Positions 45,696 through 55,212 of a stretch of 64,000 nucleotides of DNA are shown in pieces. The translations under genes were made by a program, and so were the position numbers. This stretch comes from a virus: positions 37,004-101,003 of the IMG/VR virus record IMGVR_UViG_3300009161_000031. The stretch is one strand, 5' to 3'. Each line of letters opens with the position of its first letter. Within the stretch, counting starts at the first letter, position 1. The notes beneath the pieces were generated by a model. That model was not told the origin of the DNA and did not search any database. It saw only the letters and a list, made by a program, of their open reading frames with translations.

Positions 45696-45893
45696 ATGGC
45701 AATGTATACTGCAATTACGTACATTGGTAAGACACCTGGTTTTGCCGCAAAGGTAGGCAAACGCATTTATGAATTTGAGTGGCAAAAGTCATTAGGCATT
45801 GGTAGGCGACCCGAAGAGGTCGATTTTACACATGCGATGCGTCTATCGAAACGGCGGGATAGGAACGGCAAGAAAATGTTTGTTCTTGAATAA
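45696..45893 (+). CDS. small basic hypothetical protein
   Basis: GGAG upstream, 65 aa. Confidence 0.65.
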   Translation: MAMYTAITYIGKTPGFAAKVGKRIYEFEWQKSLGIGRRPEEVDFTHAMRLSKRRDRNGKKMFVLE

Positions 45894-45910
45894 ATAAGGA
45901 GGCTATTAAA

Positions 45911-46480
45911 ATGGCTGTAACATTCGCAAATATTATCGTTGGTGAAGGAACTCTTTCCGTCAGCAACAACACAGCAGGCGCTACGTTCTATGACGTTGGC
46001 GCTACGCAAGAAGGAGTAAGTATCTCATGGGAGCCAGACATGGTTGACATTGAGGTAGATCAGTTTGGTGACGCAGCACGCGTTATCCAATCTAAAGTTA
46101 AAGTTTCAGTTAAGACAAGTCTAGCTGAGAACACGTTTAATAACCTAGCACTTGTGTGGGGCTATAGTGGTATTACTGGATACGGCGATGCTGCGGTTGC
46201 AACCGCTACTCAGCCCGGTATGACAAGCACTACTGGCTTAAACTTAGGTATTCATGGCGCTCTTCCCGAAGAGCGTAGACTTAAGGTAACTGGCCCTGCG
46301 CCAGGATCTAGTGCAGCAACACCGAAGACTCGTACATACACTTGTAACCGAGCAATCTCTATGGCTTCTGCTGAAATTAGCTACAAGCGTAACGAGAACG
46401 CTAAATTGCCAGTATCTTTCCGTATTCTTCCAGACCCGCAGTTTACGGGTAAAGAGTATGGTACAATTGCTGACGCATAA
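45911..46480 (+). CDS. major tail (tube) protein
   Basis: AGGAGG RBS; NIIVG.G, G.TQEGV..., VDQ, L.E.T..NL; synteny. Confidence 0.88.
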   Translation: MAVTFANIIVGEGTLSVSNNTAGATFYDVGATQEGVSISWEPDMVDIEVDQFGDAARVIQSKVKVSVKTSLAENTFNNLALVWGYSGITGYGDAAVATATQPGMTSTTGLNLGIHGALPEERRLKVTGPAPGSSAATPKTRTYTCNRAISMASAEISYKRNENAKLPVSFRILPDPQFTGKEYGTIADA

Positions 46481-46518
46481 CCAATAACAAAAATTCAAAA
46501 ACAAGGAGGTGAGTCTTT

Positions 46519-46821
46519 ATGAGTAATAAAGACTTAGCAACAGGAGTTAAGATTTTAATCGGTGATACCGAGGTAGAGGTTCGACCATTGACGATTCGTC
46601 AGCTGCGTCGTTTTGTTAAGATTGTTGGAGATTTAAACTTTGACAATCAGACAGAACTAACAGATGAAGATATCGATAAGATGGTAGAAGCTGCTTCAAT
46701 CGCCCTTGAAAAAGCTGCTCCTGATCTAGCTAAAGATAATGATGCCATCGAAGATTCGTTGGATATCAGAACCTTTAACGAGATCCTTAACGCCGCTATG
46801 GGCGTAGACCCAAACGAGTAA
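46519..46821 (+). CDS. tail assembly chaperone (G)
   Basis: between tube and tape measure; ends in slippery site. Confidence 0.85.
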   Translation: MSNKDLATGVKILIGDTEVEVRPLTIRQLRRFVKIVGDLNFDNQTELTDEDIDKMVEAASIALEKAAPDLAKDNDAIEDSLDIRTFNEILNAAMGVDPNE

Positions 46822-47144
46822 CGGAGGGGGGGTCGTCATCTGGTGAAGGAATTCACTTCGATGACCTCCCCCTCCTTACCTACGAAAAAGAAGTATTCTC
46901 TGAGTGCGGCGCTTGGAAGAATTTCATGGACTTAGAAGATTGTCTAACCATGGAAGAGTTGATGGAGTTGTATGGAAGCGCTATCGAGAGACAAAACAGA
47001 CTTATGAAGACTGTCGCTGCCGCTATGGGAGCAGACATATCTGATGACTCTGATTCTAGTCACGATACCAGCGGATATGATATTAACAGCGCAAATGACC
47101 TAGGTTTCTTGCCTATTAATATGGGATATGAGACAATAGACTAA
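46519..47144 (+). CDS. tail assembly chaperone long form (GT) via -1 frameshift
   Basis: the -1 frame reads RVTEGGSSSGEGIHFDDLPLLTYEKEVFSECGAWKNF then MDLEDC... Confidence 0.8.
46809..46875 (+). other. programmed -1 ribosomal frameshift site C CCA AAC plus downstream stem-loop
   Basis: XXXYYYZ heptamer 46809-46815 in the correct phase; the -1 frame is open into 46926-47144; GGAGGGGGGGTCGTC...GATGACCTCCCCCTCC stem 46823-46875. Confidence 0.85.
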
Positions 47145-47145
47145 T

Positions 47146-50100
47146 ATGGCGAATCTTCATGTTGGTGTGCAAGTTCAGCTGTCTCAGCTGAATAACTTAG
47201 TTCGAATCATTCAGCAAGTTTCTAAATCATTCTCACAGGCTGCTACTCAAATAGCAAATACTAACAGGATGATTCAGCAGTCGTATGCCTCAATGGGGCA
47301 ATCTGCTGGTGCCGCTGGCAATATGGCCGCATCTTCGCAAAGCAGGCAGCTTGCTACTTCTCGTGCTACTGAATTTCAAATCAAGCAAGAAACTAAAGCT
47401 TATTTAAATTTAGTGCGTGCAATGAATACTCAGTCTTTTGGGACTGGAGGGAAAGCACGCTTTTCCGATGTTCGCAGACAAGCCGCATTTTTAAATAATC
47501 AGGCTGCTGCATATCGTACTCAAGTAAATGCTGGTGTTAGACCTATGATGCCCGGGCAGCCTATGGGGGCAGGCGTTAACACTCCTATGGCTATTGGTAT
47601 GGTTGACCGTAACTCCATGCGTCAACTAGCTATGCAGCAGCAACAAGTATTTGGGCAGTCTGTTAGTGCAGCCAATATGGCTGCCATTAAATGGGGGGCC
47701 TTGAAGGCTCCACTTCAGGGTGTTGCTCAGAACATGACCAACATAGGAAAGCAAACTCAATGGACTGGTCGCCAGATGATGACTGGTCTAACTATTCCAT
47801 TGCTTATGGCCATTAGGGCAACGACTCAGCTGTACCTATCTGTAAGTAAAGAAATGACTCGTATTAAGAAGGTCGGTGGAGCCGATCTTTATAATAAATA
47901 TGAGGGTGTTATCAAAGGTGATATTGCTGATATTGTTAAAACTTTTGGTGTAAGTCAGAAACAAGCTGCTCAGCAACTTGGTGATGTTGTGGCTATGGGT
48001 TACAGCATCGCTGGAAAGAATTCACAAGCGGCTAAAATGACTAAAGCAATGCAATTTAGCTCAACTTTGGGCGATATTGGTTCAAAACAGGGTGCCGACT
48101 TCTATAGAACAATGCTTAAAGTGTTTGTTGAAGGCGCTCCTGGTGTGAAGAATTTCAATGATCAGATTAAAGGTACTAACTTTATTGTTGATCAATTAAA
48201 CCAGATTGAAAATAAGACTATTATTAACTTGAATCAACTTGCTGAGGCTATGCCTCGTGCTGCTGGTGCAGCGAAGATGTTCGGGTTGAACGCCGCTGAG
48301 TTAGCTTCTGTCCTTACGGGTATTTATGACAAAGGTATTCCAATTGAAACTGCTGCAACTGGGTTAAGTTTTATTCTACAGCGTGTTGTAAATCCTACAG
48401 CTAAAGCTGCTAAGACCTTTGATGAAGCTTTTTCTAAAACTCCGCATGCTTTGCAGGGTATTCAGACTATGGCTGGAGGATTAGAAAAACTTACTAGACT
48501 GTCGGAAATGTATGTTGAGTTACAGAATAGGGGACTAAGTAAGGAAGAGATAGCTGATCCTAATGCTAAGAAAAATACTGCATATGCTAATCAAGTATTT
48601 TCTGAGTTAGTTCAGCGTAGGCAAATTAAAACATTTCAACCAATGGCTGAAAGTCTTGCTTTAGGTGCTCATCAAATTCGCACAGCGCTAAAAGAAATTC
48701 CTGCTGCTGTTCAGGATATAAATGCCGCTGGTTTGAATATTGATACATCTACGTTCACAGAGTTATCTAAGCCTCTTATTCAGTACAGATCACAATTGTT
48801 GCAGAGTGAACAATTTACTTCTGGGTTTGGTAGAGCTTTAGTTGCTAGCTCTGGATTTGTAAATATCAATAGTGAGTCTATTAAAGAACTTGCATCGGCA
48901 TATCGTAGCATGTCTGCAAAAGAAATTAACATTAAATTAGTTTCACCAGATGTACAGATGCGAATTCTTAGTGAAACATTTAAAATGGTTGGAGTATCTA
49001 TTGGTGAATCTATTTTTCCAGTTTTACTTAAAGTGGGTCATGTTTTATTGAGTGTTTTTGAGGGAATCAACAAAATGGGAGCAGGCACGAAAACACTCTT
49101 TGGTGGCTTGATTGTGGGCTTGGCTGTTATCGGTCCGCTGATGTATCTTGGAGGACTGGCATTCAGCGTATTTGGCTCACTGGCTGGCGCTATATTCAAG
49201 TTCTTACCGGGCCTTGAGATGATTGCTCCAGACACCATGGCGGCTATGGCTGCAATGGGTACTATACCCCCAAATGTAGCTCAAGTAAATGGAAGCTTCA
49301 TTCTTCTTGACAAGAGTACTACGACATTGGGTGGAAGATTAAAAAGCCTTGTTGGTATTCAGGATGCGCAGGCTGTTGCTACGAGGCAACAAATTGCTGC
49401 TGCCGACGCAGTTATCCTTTCACAAGAAGAACAGATAGCGGCTGCCGAGGCTGCTTCGCTTGCTGCACAACAAAGCGATGCTGCATATATTCTATCAGCA
49501 GAGCTTAAAGCCGGTGCAGTTGCCCAAGCCGAAACGGCATATGCGGCTGCGGCAGCCACTCATAGTGCTACGGCAGACCTTCAGGTAAATGCCGCAAGAA
49601 GAGTTACTGCTGCTGAACTAGAAGTGGCTGCTGCCAAAACAGAAGTTGCCGCTGTGGGGAGACTAAAAACAGGCTTAGATACTGCTACTAAAAATGCTTT
49701 AGCTACAGATAGGAAGGTCATTGCGTCTAAGCAGGCTGTACTTGATAATGAATCTGTTATTGACAAGCTTCGCAGACAAATAAGTCAGTCTCGAATCACT
49801 CAGATCATTGCCGAAGGCAGAGCAGAAGAACTTACTGCTCAAATGACAATCAACGCGAACAGACGCAAATTTGCTAGTGCTCTTGAGGCTAAGGCCATAA
49901 AGCAGGCAGATGTTCCCAATGCGGTTCTTGAATTAGAAATTAAACTTGTTGATAAATTAAATACAGAACTTGCTCAGCAGAATGTTTTAATTGCTGAGAA
50001 AAAGGCTGCAATTGAAGAAGGGTCTGCTACCAATGCCGGTCTTTATGGAATGGAATCAAAGAAAACAAGGCTAGAGAACGAACTTTTGGCAGAAAAAAAG

Positions 50101-53100
50101 TTATTGCTTGATGCGACAGCTGAAGCAAAAGCTCGAAATGATGCAGTTATAGCTGCAGGATTGGAAGTAGAGGCTGCTGATCTGGCAACCACTACAGCAA
50201 TAAACGACAGTAAAGCTTTATCTGCGGAAATTTCAGCAGAAAACACTCTACAAGATCAAGCGGCAATAGCCATAAAACAAAAACTTTCTCAAATTACTGC
50301 TTTGGAAGCGGCAGTTGTGGATGCTGAAAATGTAGCTCTGACTCAGAACGCTGCGCTCAAGAAACTTAATGACGAGTATAATATTCGCTTGAGTTCTTCC
50401 ACGATGGGATTAACAGGGGCTGAAGCCGGTCTTGCAACTGCTCAAAGTAATTTGTCGGTAATGATGGGACTTGGTACAACTTCTGCTCATACGCTTGCGC
50501 TCGCTGAAGAAAGAGTAGCTGCTGCTTCAGCCCTAGTTGTTGATGCAATGGCAGAAGAGATGCTCGTTAATCTTGGACTAGGCGAATCATTTGATGCTTT
50601 AGCCGCTGAGACTCACTATGCTCAAATTGCTCAAGAAGAACTTCGGATAGCAATGGCCAGCGGTCTAACTGGTGCAGAGGCACTCGCTGCTGCTCATTTG
50701 GGAGTAACCGAAGCCCTCAATCTTGAGGCTGCTGCTGCAGCGAGGCTTGCTGCAAGAAACCTTGAGCTAGCTGGAGAGTCTGCTCTATCTCCTATTACTG
50801 CTAGACCTGGGTTAATAGCTCGCACAGGTGGATTGGTAGCAAAAGGCGGCAAGGGGCTAGTTCGCGGAGTTACTAAATTTATTCCTGGAGTTTCCGCACC
50901 CGCTTGGGCTGCTGCACCGGCTGCTGGGACTGCTGCCGCTGAAGGCGGGGGACTGATGACAATGATGGGTCCTCTGCTAGTTATTGCAGCAATTGTTGCT
51001 GCTCTGGTTTTAGCATTTATTGTTTTAAAAAGACATTGGAAAGAAATTCATGCTGGAATGAAATCCGGCCTCGATGCCGTTGGAAAAGCCTTCAAGGAAG
51101 TTGGCAAGGCAGTCGGGGACATTATAGCAATATTTTCTAATAGCATGAAGGGGGTTGCAGGTTTTGCGGAAGAAGGCAAAAAAACTGGAAGCGTTTGGAC
51201 TAGCATAGGTCAAGCAGTTTCTGGCCTGATGATAATTTTTGCAAAAATGTTAACGCTGGTTGCACAGCTTATAAAATTCTTAGCTCCTGCATTTCAATAT
51301 ATTGCTAACTTAATTAAACCAATTATTGAATTTGTAGTTAATCTTATTCAAGCAATAACTGCAATAATACATGGTGACTTAAGCGAAGCTTTTGATTTCT
51401 TAGGTAGAGCTGTAGCTAATGTATTTGAATTTGTTCTTTCTTATATGAGTCCATTCTTGAAAATGATAGATGGAATGGCTAAAAAACTTGGAGGAGTTGC
51501 CGCATCTATAGCAGATGCATTTGGTGCCCATGGTACTGCCGACAACATTCGTCGTGGTATAAAGAATATGAATATTGAAAGTACTTTGCGTAATGCAATC
51601 AATAATGGCTTAAAGAAAACTGGCACGCAAAAAATTCCATATGAGTTTGTTCCATATACGACACAACCACGCCCTAGTGCTGTTTCTGTGAAGCCCGATC
51701 CGGGAGCGCTAGATCCTCCGAATGGAAGCGGTGGCAGCGGTGGAAAATCCGCATATGATAACTTCCTATCTGCTCTGCAGTCTAAGCTAAATGAATTTAT
51801 TTCTAAACTTAAAGATCTTATTTCTAAAGAGTTTGATGACGTATGGAAACAACGACTGCAAGTCTTTGATGACCAAATTAAAGCAATGGATGCCGTTGAG
51901 AAGAAAGAAGCAGAACTTATTGCTGCTCAAGAGTATGCACAAAGTCGTCGTGAGGCTCTAAATAAGCGTTCGCTTGATCAAGAGAATTATCGCAGAGATA
52001 GAGGACTTGCTATATATGAGGGCCGTATTGACGATGCTCGTAACTTAGATCTTTCATTTGCTGAAAATGATAAAAGCAACCGTAAGACTATAACTGATAT
52101 AGATAAATCTCGTGCAAATGTATTGCTTAAAGCCAGCAGGGATCTACAGAGGCAGAAGATTGCAGATGCCAAGAAAGCTGCTGAAGACCTTAAGGCAATA
52201 GAAGAGAAAGCTCTTAAAGAGCAAATCGATCTTATTACTAAATACACTCCTAAGAATGATGCTGAGTGGGTAGCGATGATGGATAAAATCAATGATACTT
52301 TAACTAATTATGGTATGCCTCGTATTGCTGGCGCATGGAACAATGGTCTTGATATGTTCAAGCTTGCTATTTCTGAGGTGAAGATAGAGCTTAGCAATGA
52401 CTCATTCTGGCAAGGCGAATGGGCTTATAAAGGTATCTATAACTGGATTTCTCAATTAGCTCAAATTGATATTAAAAATATTGTTAAATCAATGGCAGAC
52501 AGTGCTGCTGCTGGCATTGCTGGTAGCGCTTTAGATCCTAGCGCTACTCCAGATCCAACCACGGACGGGCCTACCGATAGTACCACTCCAAAGGAAGAAT
52601 CTACGGCTATTCCAAAGTCAGTAACTGTTGGCGGTTGGAGAAACTTGCTTCTTGGGTTTGCTAAAGGCGGCTATAAGGAACAAGCGTGGCAGGGAATTCT
52701 TGGCAATAAAAAGCTGGTTAACTGGCTAAAGAATGATCCTAAGAATAAAGGATTGTACGAATTTTATGTCAGTCAGGTTAGAGCAAATAATCAATTAGGT
52801 GATATAGGTGCCGCAGGAACCGCACCCGGTGGGCTACCCAGCGGCTTCGCCTTGCTTAAGAGGCCCACTGCTGCTGCTGCACCCGCAGTGTCGCCTGCAA
52901 TTGCTAAGCTTGCTGGCAAAGTAGATAAAAAACGAAAAACGTTAAAAGATAGTTGGAGTCAAGTTCTTATGTCTCCACCAACTAGCGGAGCAGATTTAGC
53001 CAAGCAAGAGCGATTCCGAGCATGGCAGGTCAAAAATCCTGGCGGCACTTTAGATCAGTTCCTTAGTCAAGAAATATTGCCTGGTGCTGTCAAGTTACCT

Positions 53101-54819
53101 GATTCAATTGAGATTAATCCTCTGTCTGGTAATTTACAGCCAACGCCCGCAGCTCCCGGTACCGTTCCAACAATGTTGAATAAAAGAGGTTTGACTAAAG
53201 TAGGTCAGGCTAAATTCAATACAGCAACTGGATGGAAGTCAGACAAGAATATGGTGCCGCTTGCTACTTGGTATGCTGGCGATGAGTTGCAAGATGGAGA
53301 CGGTCAAAAAACTAAGGGCGGCAAAATGCAGCCTTATTGGGTCCTAGCAGACGGCACAATAAGTTGGGTAAAACCTAGCGTGGCTGCTAAGCGTGCAGCT
53401 GCTGCTGCTATTGCTGGTCCACCGTCTGGTCCTAAAGGTCCACGGGATCAGGCAAGACCAAAGGGGCCAAAGGGGGCAATGGGGCCTGCAAGTGAGAAAG
53501 ATCAACTTGGACCTTATGTTAAGCCTAAAGGCGTTAATTGGAAGAATCCTAACAATTGGCTGAAATGGGCCGGTATTGACTTGGGTGGCGCAGCTTCGGG
53601 CTGGGCTAAAGTCATAGGCAATGCTATGACCCTATCAGGTAAAATCGTAGACGCTCCGTTCAAGGCTGGACTCGATATTGGAAAGCATTTATTAAAAGGT
53701 TTGTCAAAAGCTTTTAAGGCTAAAGGCGATGCCATGGATGGGGGTGGAAACATACTATGGAATGCATTAAGTAATAATGGAAAACCAATGGATTGGCTAC
53801 CGATTGAAAAAAGTGCTGGAGAAGGACTTGGTGATTTATTTGATGGGCTCCAGAGGACCATGCGAAAACTTGGGAAAGACATGTTCAATCAAAGTGGCGT
53901 TGACATCACTCGGGGTATCAAAGAGGGAATCCTTGGACCACAAGAGCAAAAGAAAGTACGCGATGCCGGAGTTGATACCATTAAGAACATTAGCGATGGC
54001 GTTAAAGATCATGCCAAAATTAAATCTCCATCTAAGTTATTTGCTGATGAGATAGGTAAACCTCTTGTTGATGGTATCGCCATGGGCATTGAATCTCCAT
54101 CTAGCAAGCTTACTTTTAAAACAGCTGTCAAGAATCTTCTTGATTCTTATGATAGTTTTCGTAAAACTGTTACTGTTATCCTTAGGTGGAATCTAGAGAA
54201 CGCTGGGGGACTACGGAGTGGAATTCAGGGGATTATAAATGATGCATTGGCCGGTGGACTTACTGTCAATGCAGACGTATTCACAGCAGCAAAGAGGGCA
54301 TTGTATGATTTCTTTATGTGGATTTGGGATAACTTAAATGCTGCAGCAAGAGCGGCAGATGGTCCACTTAGCGGCATACCTGCCAGAGATACAAGGGTTG
54401 GCCCGCTTCAGCAGCGTGTACTCAATAATCGTATAAACAGTTTTGCTGAGGGTGGAATAGTTAAGCGTCGCATGGGTGGTATAATTGCTCAAATTGGTGA
54501 GGGGCAATATGATGAAGCTGTTATTCCGCTTCCTCAAGGCATGTCTCAATTTGTAAATAGTTTTCAGCCTGCTCGCACTGCTCCATCTGATTATTCTGGT
54601 ATGTCAGTAAATATAACTAACAACTCTGCTCCAGCGACCCCGCAGGCTGTATCAACTAATATCTATGTTGATAACTTCATTGGTGAGCCCGCTTGGTTTG
54701 AGTCAATGATGAAAGAATATGGTGTCAAAGTTGCACCAAAAAATCAGCAGGCTTATGGTACAATTAATAGGAAAGTAACGTCTTACCAAGACAATTCTCA
54801 AAGGAGCGGTAGAATCTAA
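47146..54819 (+). CDS. tape measure protein (2557 aa)
   Basis: Ala-rich helical protein, TP901-type core (GK.TQWTGRQ...GLTIP), FAEGGIV...GE...EAVIPL C-terminus; synteny. Confidence 0.95.
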   Translation: MANLHVGVQVQLSQLNNLVRIIQQVSKSFSQAATQIANTNRMIQQSYASMGQSAGAAGNMAASSQSRQLATSRATEFQIKQETKAYLNLVRAMNTQSFGTGGKARFSDVRRQAAFLNNQAAAYRTQVNAGVRPMMPGQPMGAGVNTPMAIGMVDRNSMRQLAMQQQQVFGQSVSAANMAAIKWGALKAPLQGVAQNMTNIGKQTQWTGRQMMTGLTIPLLMAIRATTQLYLSVSKEMTRIKKVGGADLYNKYEGVIKGDIADIVKTFGVSQKQAAQQLGDVVAMGYSIAGKNSQAAKMTKAMQFSSTLGDIGSKQGADFYRTMLKVFVEGAPGVKNFNDQIKGTNFIVDQLNQIENKTIINLNQLAEAMPRAAGAAKMFGLNAAELASVLTGIYDKGIPIETAATGLSFILQRVVNPTAKAAKTFDEAFSKTPHALQGIQTMAGGLEKLTRLSEMYVELQNRGLSKEEIADPNAKKNTAYANQVFSELVQRRQIKTFQPMAESLALGAHQIRTALKEIPAAVQDINAAGLNIDTSTFTELSKPLIQYRSQLLQSEQFTSGFGRALVASSGFVNINSESIKELASAYRSMSAKEINIKLVSPDVQMRILSETFKMVGVSIGESIFPVLLKVGHVLLSVFEGINKMGAGTKTLFGGLIVGLAVIGPLMYLGGLAFSVFGSLAGAIFKFLPGLEMIAPDTMAAMAAMGTIPPNVAQVNGSFILLDKSTTTLGGRLKSLVGIQDAQAVATRQQIAAADAVILSQEEQIAAAEAASLAAQQSDAAYILSAELKAGAVAQAETAYAAAAATHSATADLQVNAARRVTAAELEVAAAKTEVAAVGRLKTGLDTATKNALATDRKVIASKQAVLDNESVIDKLRRQISQSRITQIIAEGRAEELTAQMTINANRRKFASALEAKAIKQADVPNAVLELEIKLVDKLNTELAQQNVLIAEKKAAIEEGSATNAGLYGMESKKTRLENELLAEKKLLLDATAEAKARNDAVIAAGLEVEAADLATTTAINDSKALSAEISAENTLQDQAAIAIKQKLSQITALEAAVVDAENVALTQNAALKKLNDEYNIRLSSSTMGLTGAEAGLATAQSNLSVMMGLGTTSAHTLALAEERVAAASALVVDAMAEEMLVNLGLGESFDALAAETHYAQIAQEELRIAMASGLTGAEALAAAHLGVTEALNLEAAAAARLAARNLELAGESALSPITARPGLIARTGGLVAKGGKGLVRGVTKFIPGVSAPAWAAAPAAGTAAAEGGGLMTMMGPLLVIAAIVAALVLAFIVLKRHWKEIHAGMKSGLDAVGKAFKEVGKAVGDIIAIFSNSMKGVAGFAEEGKKTGSVWTSIGQAVSGLMIIFAKMLTLVAQLIKFLAPAFQYIANLIKPIIEFVVNLIQAITAIIHGDLSEAFDFLGRAVANVFEFVLSYMSPFLKMIDGMAKKLGGVAASIADAFGAHGTADNIRRGIKNMNIESTLRNAINNGLKKTGTQKIPYEFVPYTTQPRPSAVSVKPDPGALDPPNGSGGSGGKSAYDNFLSALQSKLNEFISKLKDLISKEFDDVWKQRLQVFDDQIKAMDAVEKKEAELIAAQEYAQSRREALNKRSLDQENYRRDRGLAIYEGRIDDARNLDLSFAENDKSNRKTITDIDKSRANVLLKASRDLQRQKIADAKKAAEDLKAIEEKALKEQIDLITKYTPKNDAEWVAMMDKINDTLTNYGMPRIAGAWNNGLDMFKLAISEVKIELSNDSFWQGEWAYKGIYNWISQLAQIDIKNIVKSMADSAAAGIAGSALDPSATPDPTTDGPTDSTTPKEESTAIPKSVTVGGWRNLLLGFAKGGYKEQAWQGILGNKKLVNWLKNDPKNKGLYEFYVSQVRANNQLGDIGAAGTAPGGLPSGFALLKRPTAAAAPAVSPAIAKLAGKVDKKRKTLKDSWSQVLMSPPTSGADLAKQERFRAWQVKNPGGTLDQFLSQEILPGAVKLPDSIEINPLSGNLQPTPAAPGTVPTMLNKRGLTKVGQAKFNTATGWKSDKNMVPLATWYAGDELQDGDGQKTKGGKMQPYWVLADGTISWVKPSVAAKRAAAAAIAGPPSGPKGPRDQARPKGPKGAMGPASEKDQLGPYVKPKGVNWKNPNNWLKWAGIDLGGAASGWAKVIGNAMTLSGKIVDAPFKAGLDIGKHLLKGLSKAFKAKGDAMDGGGNILWNALSNNGKPMDWLPIEKSAGEGLGDLFDGLQRTMRKLGKDMFNQSGVDITRGIKEGILGPQEQKKVRDAGVDTIKNISDGVKDHAKIKSPSKLFADEIGKPLVDGIAMGIESPSSKLTFKTAVKNLLDSYDSFRKTVTVILRWNLENAGGLRSGIQGIINDALAGGLTVNADVFTAAKRALYDFFMWIWDNLNAAARAADGPLSGIPARDTRVGPLQQRVLNNRINSFAEGGIVKRRMGGIIAQIGEGQYDEAVIPLPQGMSQFVNSFQPARTAPSDYSGMSVNITNNSAPATPQAVSTNIYVDNFIGEPAWFESMMKEYGVKVAPKNQQAYGTINRKVTSYQDNSQRSGRI

Positions 54820-55211
54820 TGGCACTGCCTAATCTAATTACTCTTGGTGGATATGAACTTACCGATCAGGGCCGCACTTTCTCGTCTGCGAGAGATGAGC
54901 GCTCAATTCCTGTTGAGCTTGCCAGCGGGCTTACTAAGAAATATTTCAAGGCAGTTAAGTATACTTTCAGCATTGCATGGACTCAACTGCCCAGTCTATC
55001 TACTCAAACATATGATAAGAAAGAAGCTCGTAATACTTTGAAGGTCTTGTCTGATACCCAGGCAGTTCTTCCGCTAATTGTTCGTGCGCCTATAGGCACG
55101 ACTCAAACCTACAACGTCTGGATAGAAAGTTATAGTGAAAACATTATGCGCAGGGATTTTGTGTCTGGTGCAATCTTTTATGAGGTTAGCTTAGAATTGA
55201 AACAACAGTAA
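54819..55211 (+). CDS. distal tail-like protein
   Basis: 130 aa directly after tape measure; K.TFS..W..LP. Confidence 0.75.
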   Translation: MALPNLITLGGYELTDQGRTFSSARDERSIPVELASGLTKKYFKAVKYTFSIAWTQLPSLSTQTYDKKEARNTLKVLSDTQAVLPLIVRAPIGTTQTYNVWIESYSENIMRRDFVSGAIFYEVSLELKQQ

Positions 55212-55212
55212 T

